Assembly (NCBI GenBank): GCA_965202805.1
Contig: OZ241869.1
Span: forward strand, 704,001 to 768,000
Direction: 5' to 3'
Length of the DNA: 64,000 bases
DNA from: Longimicrobiales bacterium
GTDB taxonomy: Bacteria > Gemmatimonadota > Gemmatimonadetes > Longimicrobiales > Gaopeijiaceae
The notes under the pieces were generated by a model. It was given only the letters and a program-made list of their open reading frames with translations. It made no database searches and was not told where the DNA came from. Position 1 is the first letter of the stretch. Every line of letters starts with the position of its first letter. Shown in pieces: positions 32,456-42,405 of the stretch. The position numbers and the translations under genes are program-made.

Positions 32456-33571
32456 ATGTCGCCGGCGACGAAAGACTACTACAAGGCCCTCGGCGTCTCG
32501 GAGAAGGCGACGCCCGAGGAGATCAAGAAGGCGTATCGCCGGTTGGCGAAGCGATACCATCCGGACGCCAACCAGGGCGACTCCTCGGCGTCCGAGCGGT
32601 TCAAGGAGGTGGGCGAGGCCTACGCGGTGCTCTCCGACGCCGCCAAGCGCAAGCAGTACGACCAGATGCGGCGCCTGGGCGCCTTCGGCCTCGGCGGCAA
32701 CCGGCGAGGGCCGGCCTCCCCGGGCGCCGGGCCGGCGGGGACCGGGCAGGGGTTTTCCTTCGACGATCTGGGCGGGCTCGGCGACATCTTCGGTTCCATA
32801 TTCGATCGCGGAGGCCGGAAGACCACCCGGGAAACCTCCACGGGCCCGCGCAAGGGCAACGACGTCGAGTACGTGGTGGACATCGGCTTCGAGGTGGCGG
32901 TGACGGGGGGGCGCGTCACCATCTCGGTGCCCATGACCGAGGAGTGCGCCACCTGTGGGGGCAACGGCGCCAAGCCGGGAACGACCACCACCCGCTGCAA
33001 GGAGTGCTCGGGAACGGGCACCGTCTCCTTCGGCCAGGGCGGATTCGCCGTGAAGCGACCCTGCCCGGCGTGCCTGGGGCGGGGCAGGATTCCCACCGAT
33101 CCGTGTGAAGCGTGCAAGGGGACGGGAACGGTGCGCCAGAACCGCAAGATCGAGGTGACCGTGCCGCGGGGCGTGGACACGGGCTCCAGGGTGCGGCTGA
33201 GCGGGCAGGGCGAGCGCGGCGCCAGGGGCGGGGCTCCGGGCGACCTGCTCATCACCTTCAAGGTGAAGCCGCATCGGTTCTTCCGGCGGGACGGGCGCGA
33301 CATCCACGTCACGGTGCCCCTCAACATCGCGCAGGCGACCATGGGCACCCGTATTCGGGTCAGGACCGTGCACGGCAAGAGGGTGGTGCTCAAGATCCCG
33401 GCGGGCACGCAGCCGGGCGCGCGCTTTCGCGTGCGCGGGCACGGGATCCGGAAAGGGACGCGCGTCGGCGATCAGATCGTCGAGATCCAGGTCGAGGTCC
33501 CGGAGGCGCTTTCAGAGGACGCCCAGGAAGCCATCCGCCAGTTCGCGGAAGTCGCCGACCTCAACTACTGA
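32456..33571 (+). CDS. dnaJ: Chaperone DnaJ
   Basis: J domain with HPD, a G/F region and four CxxCxGxG repeats. Confidence 0.96.
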   Translation: MSPATKDYYKALGVSEKATPEEIKKAYRRLAKRYHPDANQGDSSASERFKEVGEAYAVLSDAAKRKQYDQMRRLGAFGLGGNRRGPASPGAGPAGTGQGFSFDDLGGLGDIFGSIFDRGGRKTTRETSTGPRKGNDVEYVVDIGFEVAVTGGRVTISVPMTEECATCGGNGAKPGTTTTRCKECSGTGTVSFGQGGFAVKRPCPACLGRGRIPTDPCEACKGTGTVRQNRKIEVTVPRGVDTGSRVRLSGQGERGARGGAPGDLLITFKVKPHRFFRRDGRDIHVTVPLNIAQATMGTRIRVRTVHGKRVVLKIPAGTQPGARFRVRGHGIRKGTRVGDQIVEIQVEVPEALSEDAQEAIRQFAEVADLNY

Positions 33572-33582
33572 GTCTTTATCGG

Positions 33583-33816
33583 ATGCAGCGTCTGATTCGC
33601 AACGGGTCGTTTCGCAGGTGGGAAGCCTTTGCCACCACCGGCCGCCACGGGCTCGCGCATCCGGGGCGCGTGGCATTCCGCTGCTGTTCGGATCCCGCCA
33701 GGCGCCCGAGGGTCGCGGAAGTTCCGGCGGGGAAGGCCGGAGCGGAAGCGCTCGTGAACGGCGCGAGCGATGGCGAGCTGCTCCGGCTGCTGGAGGGAGC
33801 CGAGCTGCTGGACTGA
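33583..33816 (+). CDS. Hypothetical 77-aa protein downstream of dnaJ
   Basis: 3' part of ORF 33112..33816, starting 11 nt after the dnaJ stop: MQRLIRNGSFRRWEAFATTGRHG...FRCCSDPARR...ELLRLLEGAELLD. Composition is protein-like. Confidence 0.6.
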   Translation: MQRLIRNGSFRRWEAFATTGRHGLAHPGRVAFRCCSDPARRPRVAEVPAGKAGAEALVNGASDGELLRLLEGAELLD

Positions 33817-33968
33817 CGGCGCGGGCCGGGCCGAGGCGCTGCCGAGCGTCGGGCTCTGCGCGCGCCGGTCCGACGCCCGGGAAGCGATGTCGGCGAGACA
33901 CGCGAACGGTCGAGTTCTACGCGCGCCGATCCGACCCGGCCATCCCTGCGTGCGCCGATTCGCCCGCG

Positions 33969-35111
33969 TTACTCGGGAAGCGTGGATGCCACCTGCCGCG
34001 CAAATCCTCCTGCGGTCCCGCCCGCCATGGACGCGGTGGCGATGCGTCCGCCCCCCAGGATCCGGTCGGTTCCGTCGAAGAATACCGCCGACTGCCCGGG
34101 CGTGACCGCGAGCACGGGCTCCCCCAGTTCGATGCTCAGCGAATCTCCCGTGCGGCGGATCCAGCCCGGCACCGCCGGGGCCCGGTAACGGAGCTGGGCG
34201 CGCACCACGGTTCCGTCCGCGGGCCGCTCGGCCGTGAGCCAATTGAGTTCGCTCACCCGCAGCTCGCGGCACTCCAGCGCCTCCCTCGCGCCCACCACCA
34301 CCTCGCGCGTGTCCGGACGGATCTCGACCACATACAGGCGCTGGTCGAAGCCGCCCCCCAGGCCGCGGCGCTGGCCCACGGTGAAGGAGGCGTAGCCCTG
34401 GTGGCGGCCCACCACCCGGCCGCGGGTGTCCACCAGGTTTCCCGGCCGGAGCGCGTCGTGGCGCTGGCCCAGCCGCCGCCGCAGCAGGTCGCGGTAGTCG
34501 CCGGTGGGGACGAAGCAGATCTCCTGCGACTCGGGCTTGGCCGCGGTAATGAGGCGGAGTTGGCGGGCGCGCGCGCGCACCTCGGGCTTGGTGAGCTCGC
34601 CCAGCGGGAACCTCAGACGCGGCAACAGCGCACGGGGCAGGCCCCACAGGAAGTAGGACTGATCCTTCGCCGGGTCGCGTCCCCGGAAGAGGGCCGTCTC
34701 GCCGTCCACGATCCCGGCCCGCACGTAGTGTCCGGAAGCGACGGCATCGCACCCGAGCAGCTTTCCCCGCCGCATCAGGTCGCGGAACTTGGTGTTCGAG
34801 TTGCACCGGACGCAGGGGTTGGGGGTGCGTCCGCGCGCGTACTCCGAGACGAAATCGTCGATGACGTCGCGGGTGAACTCCTCCTCCACGTCGAAGACGT
34901 AGTGGGGGATGCCCAGCGCATCGGCGACCCGGCGCGCGTCCATGATGCCGTCGAGCCCGCAGCAGGTGCGCGACGGTCCCGGCTCCTCCTGGTAGCAGAA
35001 GGTCTTCATGGTCGCGCCGACGAGCTGGTGGCCCTGCTCGGCCAGCAGCGCGGCCGCGACAGAGGAGTCGACCCCTCCGGACATCGCCACCAGGATCCGC
35101 TCGCCCGCCAT
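33969..35111 (-). CDS. mnmA: tRNA 2-thiouridine(34) synthase
   Basis: Motifs AMSGGVDSSVAA, TPNPCVRCN, SGHY, KDQSYFL, ESQEICF and TPGQSAVF. Confidence 0.96.
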   Translation of the reverse strand: MAGERILVAMSGGVDSSVAAALLAEQGHQLVGATMKTFCYQEEPGPSRTCCGLDGIMDARRVADALGIPHYVFDVEEEFTRDVIDDFVSEYARGRTPNPCVRCNSNTKFRDLMRRGKLLGCDAVASGHYVRAGIVDGETALFRGRDPAKDQSYFLWGLPRALLPRLRFPLGELTKPEVRARARQLRLITAAKPESQEICFVPTGDYRDLLRRRLGQRHDALRPGNLVDTRGRVVGRHQGYASFTVGQRRGLGGGFDQRLYVVEIRPDTREVVVGAREALECRELRVSELNWLTAERPADGTVVRAQLRYRAPAVPGWIRRTGDSLSIELGEPVLAVTPGQSAVFFDGTDRILGGGRIATASMAGGTAGGFARQVASTLPE

Positions 35112-35113
35112 CG

Positions 35114-36286
35114 TCAACCTGCCCTTGCGCCGGCGAGGCCGCAGGCGCGGGTCACGATCTCGATGGTGCGGTTCGCGGCCTCGCTCACCTCCGCCGAGGT
35201 GGTGGTGCGACCGAGGCTGAAGCGCACGGAGGCCAGCCCCTCGGCGTCCTCGCCGTAGAGGGCGCGCAGCACCGGGCTGGTGGTCGTGCTGCCGGACGCG
35301 CAGGCCGATCCCCCCGATACCGCCACCCCTGCCAGATCGAAGGCCATCACCAGGGTGGCGGGGTCCAGCCCGGGGAATCCCAGGTTGAGCAGATGCGGTG
35401 CCCGCTCGCCCTCCCCACCGAACACGCGCGTGCCCGGCAGCGCCTCCACGATGGCCGCCTGCAGGCGGTCGCGCTCCGCCGCTAGCCGCTCCGCCTCTTC
35501 CGCCTGCTCCTCCACCGCCAGGGTGAGCGCCCTCGCCAGCCCCACCGCCCCGGCGACATCCTCCGTTCCCGGCCGCAGGCGGCGCTCCTGCCCGCCACCG
35601 AAGAGGAGGGGGGCGAGCTCCACCCCGCGGCGGCGGTAGAGCAGCCCCACCCCCCGCGGGCCGCCGATCTTGTGGGCGGTCATCGAGGCCAGGTCGAGTC
35701 CGGCCCGGCCGAAGTCCACCGGCACCTTGCCGACCGCCTGCACCGCGTCGGAGTGCACCACGACCCCCGCCGCCCGCGCCCGGGCCGCCACGCGCGCGAC
35801 CGGCAGCACCGTGCCGACCTCGTTGTTCACCCACATCACCGAGAGCACGCAGGCGCCCCGCGACAGCGCGCCATCGAGGGCGTCGTCGTCGAGCTCTCCC
35901 GTCGGGTCGACCGCGACGTGCACGCTCTCCCCGCCGCGCGCGGCCACCTGGTCGCACGCCTCCCGCACCGCAGGGTGTTCGATCGTGGTCGCGACCGCGC
36001 GGGGTCGCTCTCCCGCGGCCATCGCGACCGCGGCGCGTCCCAGCACGGCCATGTTGTCGGCTTCGGTGCCGCCCCGCACGAAGGCGATCTCGGCCGGCGC
36101 GGCCCCGACCGCCCGCGCACACTCCGCCCGCGCGCCGTCCAGGGCCGCGCGCGCCTGCCGCCCCCACCGGTGCGCACTGGACGGATTGCCGAAGGCGCCG
36201 GTAAGGTGGGGGCGCATGGCGTCCAGCGCCTCCGGTCGCAGAGGCGTTGTGGCGGCGTGGTCGAGATAGAGGGCGGGGCGGTCCAT
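35114..36286 (-). CDS. iscS: Cysteine desulfurase (IscS/NifS family)
   Basis: Motifs YLDHAATTP, GNPSSAH, HSDAVQ, AHKIGGP and SGGSACASG. Confidence 0.92.
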   Translation of the reverse strand: MDRPALYLDHAATTPLRPEALDAMRPHLTGAFGNPSSAHRWGRQARAALDGARAECARAVGAAPAEIAFVRGGTEADNMAVLGRAAVAMAAGERPRAVATTIEHPAVREACDQVAARGGESVHVAVDPTGELDDDALDGALSRGACVLSVMWVNNEVGTVLPVARVAARARAAGVVVHSDAVQAVGKVPVDFGRAGLDLASMTAHKIGGPRGVGLLYRRRGVELAPLLFGGGQERRLRPGTEDVAGAVGLARALTLAVEEQAEEAERLAAERDRLQAAIVEALPGTRVFGGEGERAPHLLNLGFPGLDPATLVMAFDLAGVAVSGGSACASGSTTTSPVLRALYGEDAEGLASVRFSLGRTTTSAEVSEAANRTIEIVTRACGLAGARAG

Positions 36287-36387
36287 CGGAACGGCGTCGG
36301 CTGATCATGGCGGGATGGGTTCCGGCGCCTAACTTTAGCCGCCCCGGGGTTTCGATTGAAGGTGTGCATCCGAAAAGGGAATCGCCG

Positions 36388-36759
36388 ATGAGCCAGGCAT
36401 CACTTCCCGCGGGCCCGCCCGCGCGGTTCCGCTCGACCGTCCACGGAACCGTCTTCGCAGGCCGCGACCGCCATCTCGATGCCCTAAGCCCCGGCGACTC
36501 GCTGGTACTCATCCCCGATCTGCCGGAGGGCGGCCAGGGTGTGGTGTGGGTGCATCTGCCCGCCGGCGATCCGGTGGGCTACCTGCCTCGCGAGATCGGT
36601 GGCTGGCTGGGTCCCTGGCTGCGGGCAGGCGGGCGTACCCGAGCGACCGCCCTGCGTGTGGGGAACGACCGCGTGCCCAGTTGGCGGCGGCTGGTGGTGG
36701 ACGTGCGCTGCCTCGGCGGAGACGGGCAAACCGCCTCCGGCGCGTCGCTGGCGATCTGA
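36388..36759 (+). CDS. Stand-alone HIRAN-domain protein
   Basis: Pattern STVHGTVF..R..L..L.PGD.LVL.PD...VWV...GDPVGYLPRE matches the HIRAN fold. Confidence 0.7.
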   Translation: MSQASLPAGPPARFRSTVHGTVFAGRDRHLDALSPGDSLVLIPDLPEGGQGVVWVHLPAGDPVGYLPREIGGWLGPWLRAGGRTRATALRVGNDRVPSWRRLVVDVRCLGGDGQTASGASLAI

Positions 36760-36792
36760 CGCCCGGAAAGGGCGGCCGGCCCGCGAGCCTGC

Positions 36793-38064
36793 CTACTCGA
36801 ACCGCAGCGCCTTGACCGGCGTCATGCGCGCGCCCCGCAGGGCCGGGAAGAGTCCGAACAGCATCCCGGTCACGATGGCCGATGTGAGCGCGGCGACGAT
36901 CGACCAGATGGGAATCGACGCGGGGATCGGAGTCCTGGCTTCGATGAAGTCGGCGAGGCCCGCGCCGAGAGCCAGGCCCAGCGCCCCGCCCAGGAAGGTC
37001 AGCACCGACGCCTCCACCAGGAACTGCCAGAGGATCTCGTTGCGCGTGGCGCCTACTGCCTTGCGGATGCCGATCTCACGTGTCCGTTCGGTTACGGAGA
37101 TCATCATGATGCCGATCACGCCGATCCCGCCCACCATGAGCGCGACCGACGAGAGGGCGATCATCACCAGAAAGAACGCTGCGGTCAACTGGTTGAACGA
37201 CTCGACGATCTGCTGCGACTCGACGAGGGCAAAGTTGTTGTCGTCGGCCGGACCAAGCCCCCGCATCGAACGCAGGACCGTGGTGACCTGATCCTTGGCC
37301 TGCTCCCGGCCGAACGGTTCTCGCGGCACGACCGTCAGCATGAGGAAGTTGAAGCGATTCCTGGCCTTGAGCCGCTTCTCGGCGGCGGTCCAGGGGAAGA
37401 TCGCCCAGTGATCGATGGTCTCGGCGAAGATGTTGTCGTCCGCCCGATAGACCCCCACTACCCGGAACAGTGGACTGACGGCCCGCCTTCCCGCGGTCAC
37501 CCGAACGTTCCTGCCGATCGGATCGCGCTGGCCGAAGAGTTCCTCGGCCAGCCCGGGTGAGATCACCACCACCGCGCGGCCTTCGTCGACCTCGGTCGGC
37601 ACGAAGTTGCGGCCCGCAATGAATTCACCCGGTTGGGCCGCCGTCCAGCCGGCGGACATCCCGTTGCCCTGGAACGCCCGCACCCGACGCCCCTCGAACG
37701 AGAACGTCGGCGAGAACTCGAAGTTGACAATTGCCTCGGAGACAGCCGAAAGACGCTCGATCCGGTCGATCTCCTCGTGGGTCAGCTCGGGACGATCCCA
37801 CCAGGGCGGGCGACCACTGCCGTCGCCGACCAGACGGACATCCGTGAAGTCGAAGGGGGTCAGATAGAAGTTGTTGGCCCCGCCCGCTTCGAACGGCGAG
37901 AGTATGCTCGACCGGATCCCCGTGATCATCGCGGCCATGGTCACGACCACGCCTACCCCGATCGCCACCCCGCTGATGGTCAGACCGGCTCGAATCTTGG
38001 TCGCGCGAATCGCTTCCAGCGCGATGCGGATTCCCTCGCTGAGGGTATTCAGCCGCGCTCTCAT
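36793..38064 (-). CDS. MacB/FtsX-family ABC permease
   Basis: Motifs RAGLTISGVAIGV, GGIGVIGIMMISVTERTREIGIRKAVGA and PVKALRFE. Confidence 0.92.
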   Translation of the reverse strand: MRARLNTLSEGIRIALEAIRATKIRAGLTISGVAIGVGVVVTMAAMITGIRSSILSPFEAGGANNFYLTPFDFTDVRLVGDGSGRPPWWDRPELTHEEIDRIERLSAVSEAIVNFEFSPTFSFEGRRVRAFQGNGMSAGWTAAQPGEFIAGRNFVPTEVDEGRAVVVISPGLAEELFGQRDPIGRNVRVTAGRRAVSPLFRVVGVYRADDNIFAETIDHWAIFPWTAAEKRLKARNRFNFLMLTVVPREPFGREQAKDQVTTVLRSMRGLGPADDNNFALVESQQIVESFNQLTAAFFLVMIALSSVALMVGGIGVIGIMMISVTERTREIGIRKAVGATRNEILWQFLVEASVLTFLGGALGLALGAGLADFIEARTPIPASIPIWSIVAALTSAIVTGMLFGLFPALRGARMTPVKALRFE

Positions 38065-39305
38065 CACTCGTACCTCAGCGCGTCTACCGGATTGAGTTTC
38101 GAGGCTCTCGCAGCCGGGTACACACCGGCGACCACCCCGACCGTTATCCCGAGCGCGACACCGAGCCCGATCCACTGAGGCGCGACCGCGGCCGGCAGAG
38201 GCGACACGGCGCGGACGACCGCGGTGAGCGCGACTCCGATACCGATGCCGACCAGCGCGCCTACCGCCGACAGGGTGGCGGTCTCGATCAACACCTGGAG
38301 CAGTATATCGCGCCGCCGAGCGCCGATGGCCTTGCGCACTCCTATTTCCCGGGTCCGCTCCATGACCGAAACCAGCATGATGTTCATGATCACGATGCCG
38401 CCCACGACCAGTGATATGGACACCAGCCCGGGTAGTGCGACGAAGAGCACGCGCGAAATGGTGTCCCAGAAGCTGAGCGCTTCTTCCGCGGTCTCGAGGT
38501 TGAAGTCATTCTCCTCGCCGGGTCGGAGGCCGTGGCGCGCGCGCATGATTCCCTCGGTCTCGGCGGTAGCCTGGCGCAGCAGTTCCGGACTCGCGGTCTG
38601 GATCACGACGCCGTCCACGACATTTCGCGGATTCACCATTCGCCGGATGGGAGAGCGGGCCGGGGCCAGCACCATGTTGTCACGCGACAGCCCCAGCATC
38701 GAACCCTGTTCCTCGATGACGCCGACGATGCGGAAGGGAAAATCCCGGATTCGCACCTGCGCACCGACCGGATCCTGATCCTCGAAGAGCAGGTCCGCGG
38801 TGCTCTTGCCGAGCACGGCGACGGCTGCGCCGCGGTCGGCCTCCTGTGCGGAGAAGGGCCGGCCGAGCTCCATGGCGTACGCACGAATCGTAAAGATCTC
38901 CTCGGAGGCTCCGAAGAGGAGTACGTTTTCAACCTTGAGTCCTCCCGGACCCTCTACTTCCCCCTGGGAGATGGACTCGACCGCGATCGTGGCAGGTGTC
39001 TCGAGCCGGTCTCGAATCGCGTCCGCGTCATCCATCTCGATGCGGGGACGTCGCGCCGCGCGCCGCAGGGACACGGGGTCTCCGTCAACGATGTTGGGCC
39101 GGCTCCGCTCAAGGGTCACAGTGTTCACACCGAACACCATCGACGAGAAATCGTCCCGGATGTAGCGGTCGATTCCTTCGACGATGCTGACCACCACGAT
39201 CAGGAACATGATGCCGACGATGACGCCGAGGAGGCTGAAGAAGCTCTTCAGCTTCTCGCTGCGGATGTAGCCGAGCGCCAGTCTTACGCCTTCCCAGAGC
39301 TGCAT
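38064..39305 (-). CDS. MacB/FtsX-family ABC permease
   Basis: Motifs KSFFSLLGVIVG, GGIVIMNIMLVSVMERTREIGVRKAIGA and PVDALRYE. Confidence 0.92.
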   Translation of the reverse strand: MQLWEGVRLALGYIRSEKLKSFFSLLGVIVGIMFLIVVVSIVEGIDRYIRDDFSSMVFGVNTVTLERSRPNIVDGDPVSLRRAARRPRIEMDDADAIRDRLETPATIAVESISQGEVEGPGGLKVENVLLFGASEEIFTIRAYAMELGRPFSAQEADRGAAVAVLGKSTADLLFEDQDPVGAQVRIRDFPFRIVGVIEEQGSMLGLSRDNMVLAPARSPIRRMVNPRNVVDGVVIQTASPELLRQATAETEGIMRARHGLRPGEENDFNLETAEEALSFWDTISRVLFVALPGLVSISLVVGGIVIMNIMLVSVMERTREIGVRKAIGARRRDILLQVLIETATLSAVGALVGIGIGVALTAVVRAVSPLPAAVAPQWIGLGVALGITVGVVAGVYPAARASKLNPVDALRYE

Positions 39306-39329
39306 GACCGCCTCAGGTCCGTCCCCGGG

Positions 39330-40673
39330 TCACGAGGCCGGTTCGTCCGGCTCTACCGACGCACTGTCGGTTCGCACTTCCTCACCATCCGTGAGTTCGC
39401 GAATGCGCTGGTACGGGCCGCTCACCACCGTGTCGCCCTCCGCCAGTCCGGAGAGCACCTCGAAGTACTCCTGTCCCGCGATTCCGACGGCGACCGGAAC
39501 GAAATGCGCCTCGCCGTCGCGTACGATGAAGACACCTTCCTCTTCTTCCTCTTCTTCCTCCTCGTCCTCGTCTGCCGTGCGCGTGTCATCCGATTCCGTC
39601 GAACCGTCGCCGGCCTCGTCGTTCCCGAATTCCCCGTCGCCATCCGAGCCGTTCCCGTCCGCCTCGTCCTGTTCCGAGCGGTCCCGAATCGTGAGGGCGA
39701 TAATCGGAATCGCCAGCGCCTGGTCGCGCGTTTCGGTGACGATGTCGGCCGTGGTCGAAAGGTCCGGCCGCAACTCGACCGGCGGGGCGTCCAGCGTAAT
39801 CACCACCTCGAAGTCGATGGTGGGGGTCTGGCCCGTGCCCGCCGCACTCGACGGAGGCCGGATCGCGGAGTTGCCGATCTCGGTCACGGTCCCGGCGAAC
39901 TCCGTGTCCGGAAACGCGTCCAGTTCCAGCGCGGCGCTGTCGCCGACGCTGATCTCCGGGACGTCGGTTTCGTCGACCTGCATCACCGCCTCGATCACCG
40001 ACAGGTCGCTGATGGTGAGCAGGAGACTCCCCGGGTTGTTCATCGTGCCTACGATGGCGGTCTCACCAAGTTCGATGTTCAGCCGGGTGACCTTCCCCGA
40101 GATGGGAGCCCGGATGGTGGTCTTGGACAGGCGATCCTCGGCCTCGGCCAGCGTCGCGCGGGCCTGGTCCACGCCGTGCTCCGCGGCGGTGTAGAGAGCC
40201 TGCGCGACCTCGGCCTGCGTCCCGGCGTCGTCGACTTGCTGCCGGCTGACGAGCGTCGAGTCCCTTGTCCAAAGCCCCTGCATGCGGTCGTACTCGCGCG
40301 TCGCCTGGATCAGGCTGGCGTTCTGCTGGGCCGCCTGCGCCTCCCGCTGGGACAGCCCGGCCCGCCACTGGGCCACGGCAGCCTGGAACTGCGTCTGATC
40401 GATGCGCAGAAGTACTTGTCCTTCTTGCACATCGTCGCCTTCGTCGACGTTGAGTTCAACGATGCGGCCCGAGACATCGGAGCTGATGTCTACGGTTCGC
40501 CGCGCCCGGATGTTGCCACTCGCGGTGACGATCGCTTCCAGGTCGCGCCGGCCTACTTCCTCCGTGCGCACCTGCGTGCCGGTGTTGCGCGACTGCAGGG
40601 TGGTCAGCACTCCGGCGACCACGAGGACGGTTACCACGAGCACGCCGATGGCGATTTTTGCTCTAAGCGTCAT
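39330..40673 (-). CDS. Efflux periplasmic adaptor (MacA/HlyD-like MFP)
   Basis: N-terminal TM, lipoyl halves (VSGRIVELNVDEGD; IRAPISGKV), a coiled coil and an acidic insertion. Confidence 0.9.
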   Translation of the reverse strand: MTLRAKIAIGVLVVTVLVVAGVLTTLQSRNTGTQVRTEEVGRRDLEAIVTASGNIRARRTVDISSDVSGRIVELNVDEGDDVQEGQVLLRIDQTQFQAAVAQWRAGLSQREAQAAQQNASLIQATREYDRMQGLWTRDSTLVSRQQVDDAGTQAEVAQALYTAAEHGVDQARATLAEAEDRLSKTTIRAPISGKVTRLNIELGETAIVGTMNNPGSLLLTISDLSVIEAVMQVDETDVPEISVGDSAALELDAFPDTEFAGTVTEIGNSAIRPPSSAAGTGQTPTIDFEVVITLDAPPVELRPDLSTTADIVTETRDQALAIPIIALTIRDRSEQDEADGNGSDGDGEFGNDEAGDGSTESDDTRTADEDEEEEEEEEEGVFIVRDGEAHFVPVAVGIAGQEYFEVLSGLAEGDTVVSGPYQRIRELTDGEEVRTDSASVEPDEPAS

Positions 40674-40751
40674 TTGGATGTTGTTCCCGAAATGCGGTTC
40701 AGGATCCTGGGCATGCCTGCCGTCCCGCCTCCCCGTGCATCCCGGCAGGCG

Positions 40752-42245
40752 TCAGGGCCGTAGCCTTGCGCCCACCAGTGCTTCCAGGTCGGCGAGCAGG
40801 TCGTGATAGGAATATATGGCGGCGACGCGTTCGCGGTCGGCCTGGGCCATGACCGTTTCCGCCTCGACAAGGTCCAGAAAGCTCGCGGAACCCACGCGAT
40901 ACTGCTCGGTGGCCAGGCGCAGCTGCTCGGCCGCCACCGACTGGTTGCGCTGCTCGATGAGCTCGGTCTCGTACGCCGTCCGGACAGCCGCCAGACCGGA
41001 GGCGATCAGCGCCCGAAGATCCAGTTCCGCGCCTCGCCGGCGATGGCGTGCGTCTTCCCGGGCGGCACGTGCGCTCTCCACCTGCAGCTGCCGGCTGAAG
41101 CCCTGGAAAACGGGAACGCTCACCGTCAGGGAAGCCCGGGGCGGCTGGCGGGTGAAGTCGAACGGGAACGCGCTGTTCTGCGCGGTGATGGCCTCTGCCT
41201 GATCGGGCGTAAAGACGAACGCGCTGCAGTCCTGCATGGGAAGCGGATCGACCAGGCGCCCGTACACCTCGTTCAACAGGTGACACTGCTGGCGCTGACC
41301 CGTGACCCGGGCCCGGGACTGGCTGATCAGCGATTCGACGCTGGAGGCTTCGCGCGTGAACCCGCTCAGACCCGCGCTCAGGGACAGGGACGGGTAGTAG
41401 GAGGATTGCGCCATCCTCACGTCGCTCGCGGCAACCGCCTCGTTGGCCCGCTCGGCGATGAGCCCGGGATTGCGTTCGAGCGCCATCGTCACCAGGTCCT
41501 CCTCCGACCAGACCGGCTCCCGGACGTCGAACGCGCTTACGACCGTGAACTCCTGCGGCACCTCCGCTCCGAGGATGACCAGAAGCGCGATGCGCGCATT
41601 GCTCACCGCGAATTCGGACTGCAGCAGGGTTACCTCGGCGCGGCCGACCGACACTTCGGCCTGGCGCACGTCGCGCGGCGTCGCGGTTCCGACTTCAAGT
41701 TGCCCCTCGGCCAGGCGCAGGTTGAAGCGGGCGCGCTCCAGCTCCTGCTGGGCAAGCAGGAATCCCTCCTGCTGGCGCAGGACGTCCAGGTAGCGAATGG
41801 TCACGTCGCGAACGAGGTTGGCCTCCGCCTGATCGATGAGTGCGACGGTTGCGTTGCGGGCGGCCTTCTCGCGCCCCGGACGAAACAGCGACTCGGCGCC
41901 GATGGTGTAGTTGAGCCCCGCGTTGTAGCTGGAGAAATAGTAGGAGGGCTCGTCGCCGAACCCCAGCTGGCTCGTCGTCAGGCTGCCGAACTGCTGTTCA
42001 CCTTTTCCCTGCCAGGAAAGGCTCGAGCTCAGATTGGCGAACGGCAGCAGGTCGCCGTAGGCGGAACGAACCGACCAGTCGGCGACGCGAGAGTCGTTGC
42101 GAACGGACTGGAAGGAGGGGTTGGCGAGCCGGGCGATGCGGATTGCTTCGTCGAGTGTGAGGCGGGAAGGCACTTCCTGCGCCTGCAGCAGGGATGTCCC
42201 GGAACACAGGAGAAGCGTCAGGGCGCACATGACGGCTGGGATCAT
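40752..42245 (-). CDS. TolC-family outer membrane efflux protein
   Basis: Signal peptide, LTLDEAIRIA...NP, and two OEP repeats (YRVGSASFLDL). Start is uncertain. Confidence 0.88.
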   Translation of the reverse strand: MIPAVMCALTLLLCSGTSLLQAQEVPSRLTLDEAIRIARLANPSFQSVRNDSRVADWSVRSAYGDLLPFANLSSSLSWQGKGEQQFGSLTTSQLGFGDEPSYYFSSYNAGLNYTIGAESLFRPGREKAARNATVALIDQAEANLVRDVTIRYLDVLRQQEGFLLAQQELERARFNLRLAEGQLEVGTATPRDVRQAEVSVGRAEVTLLQSEFAVSNARIALLVILGAEVPQEFTVVSAFDVREPVWSEEDLVTMALERNPGLIAERANEAVAASDVRMAQSSYYPSLSLSAGLSGFTREASSVESLISQSRARVTGQRQQCHLLNEVYGRLVDPLPMQDCSAFVFTPDQAEAITAQNSAFPFDFTRQPPRASLTVSVPVFQGFSRQLQVESARAAREDARHRRRGAELDLRALIASGLAAVRTAYETELIEQRNQSVAAEQLRLATEQYRVGSASFLDLVEAETVMAQADRERVAAIYSYHDLLADLEALVGARLRP

Positions 42246-42405
42246 TCTGAGCACGGATGGTTCTCCCCTGGGTGGCTGACGGTCTTCGGCCTGACGCGGC
42301 CGCGAGACATACGAGCCCCTCTGCGGAGGGGTTTCAAGCTCGAAATCGATGTTGCCGGTACCGGACCCCCCATCAGTGCTGCGAAGCAAACCGGGGACGG
42401 ACGTC

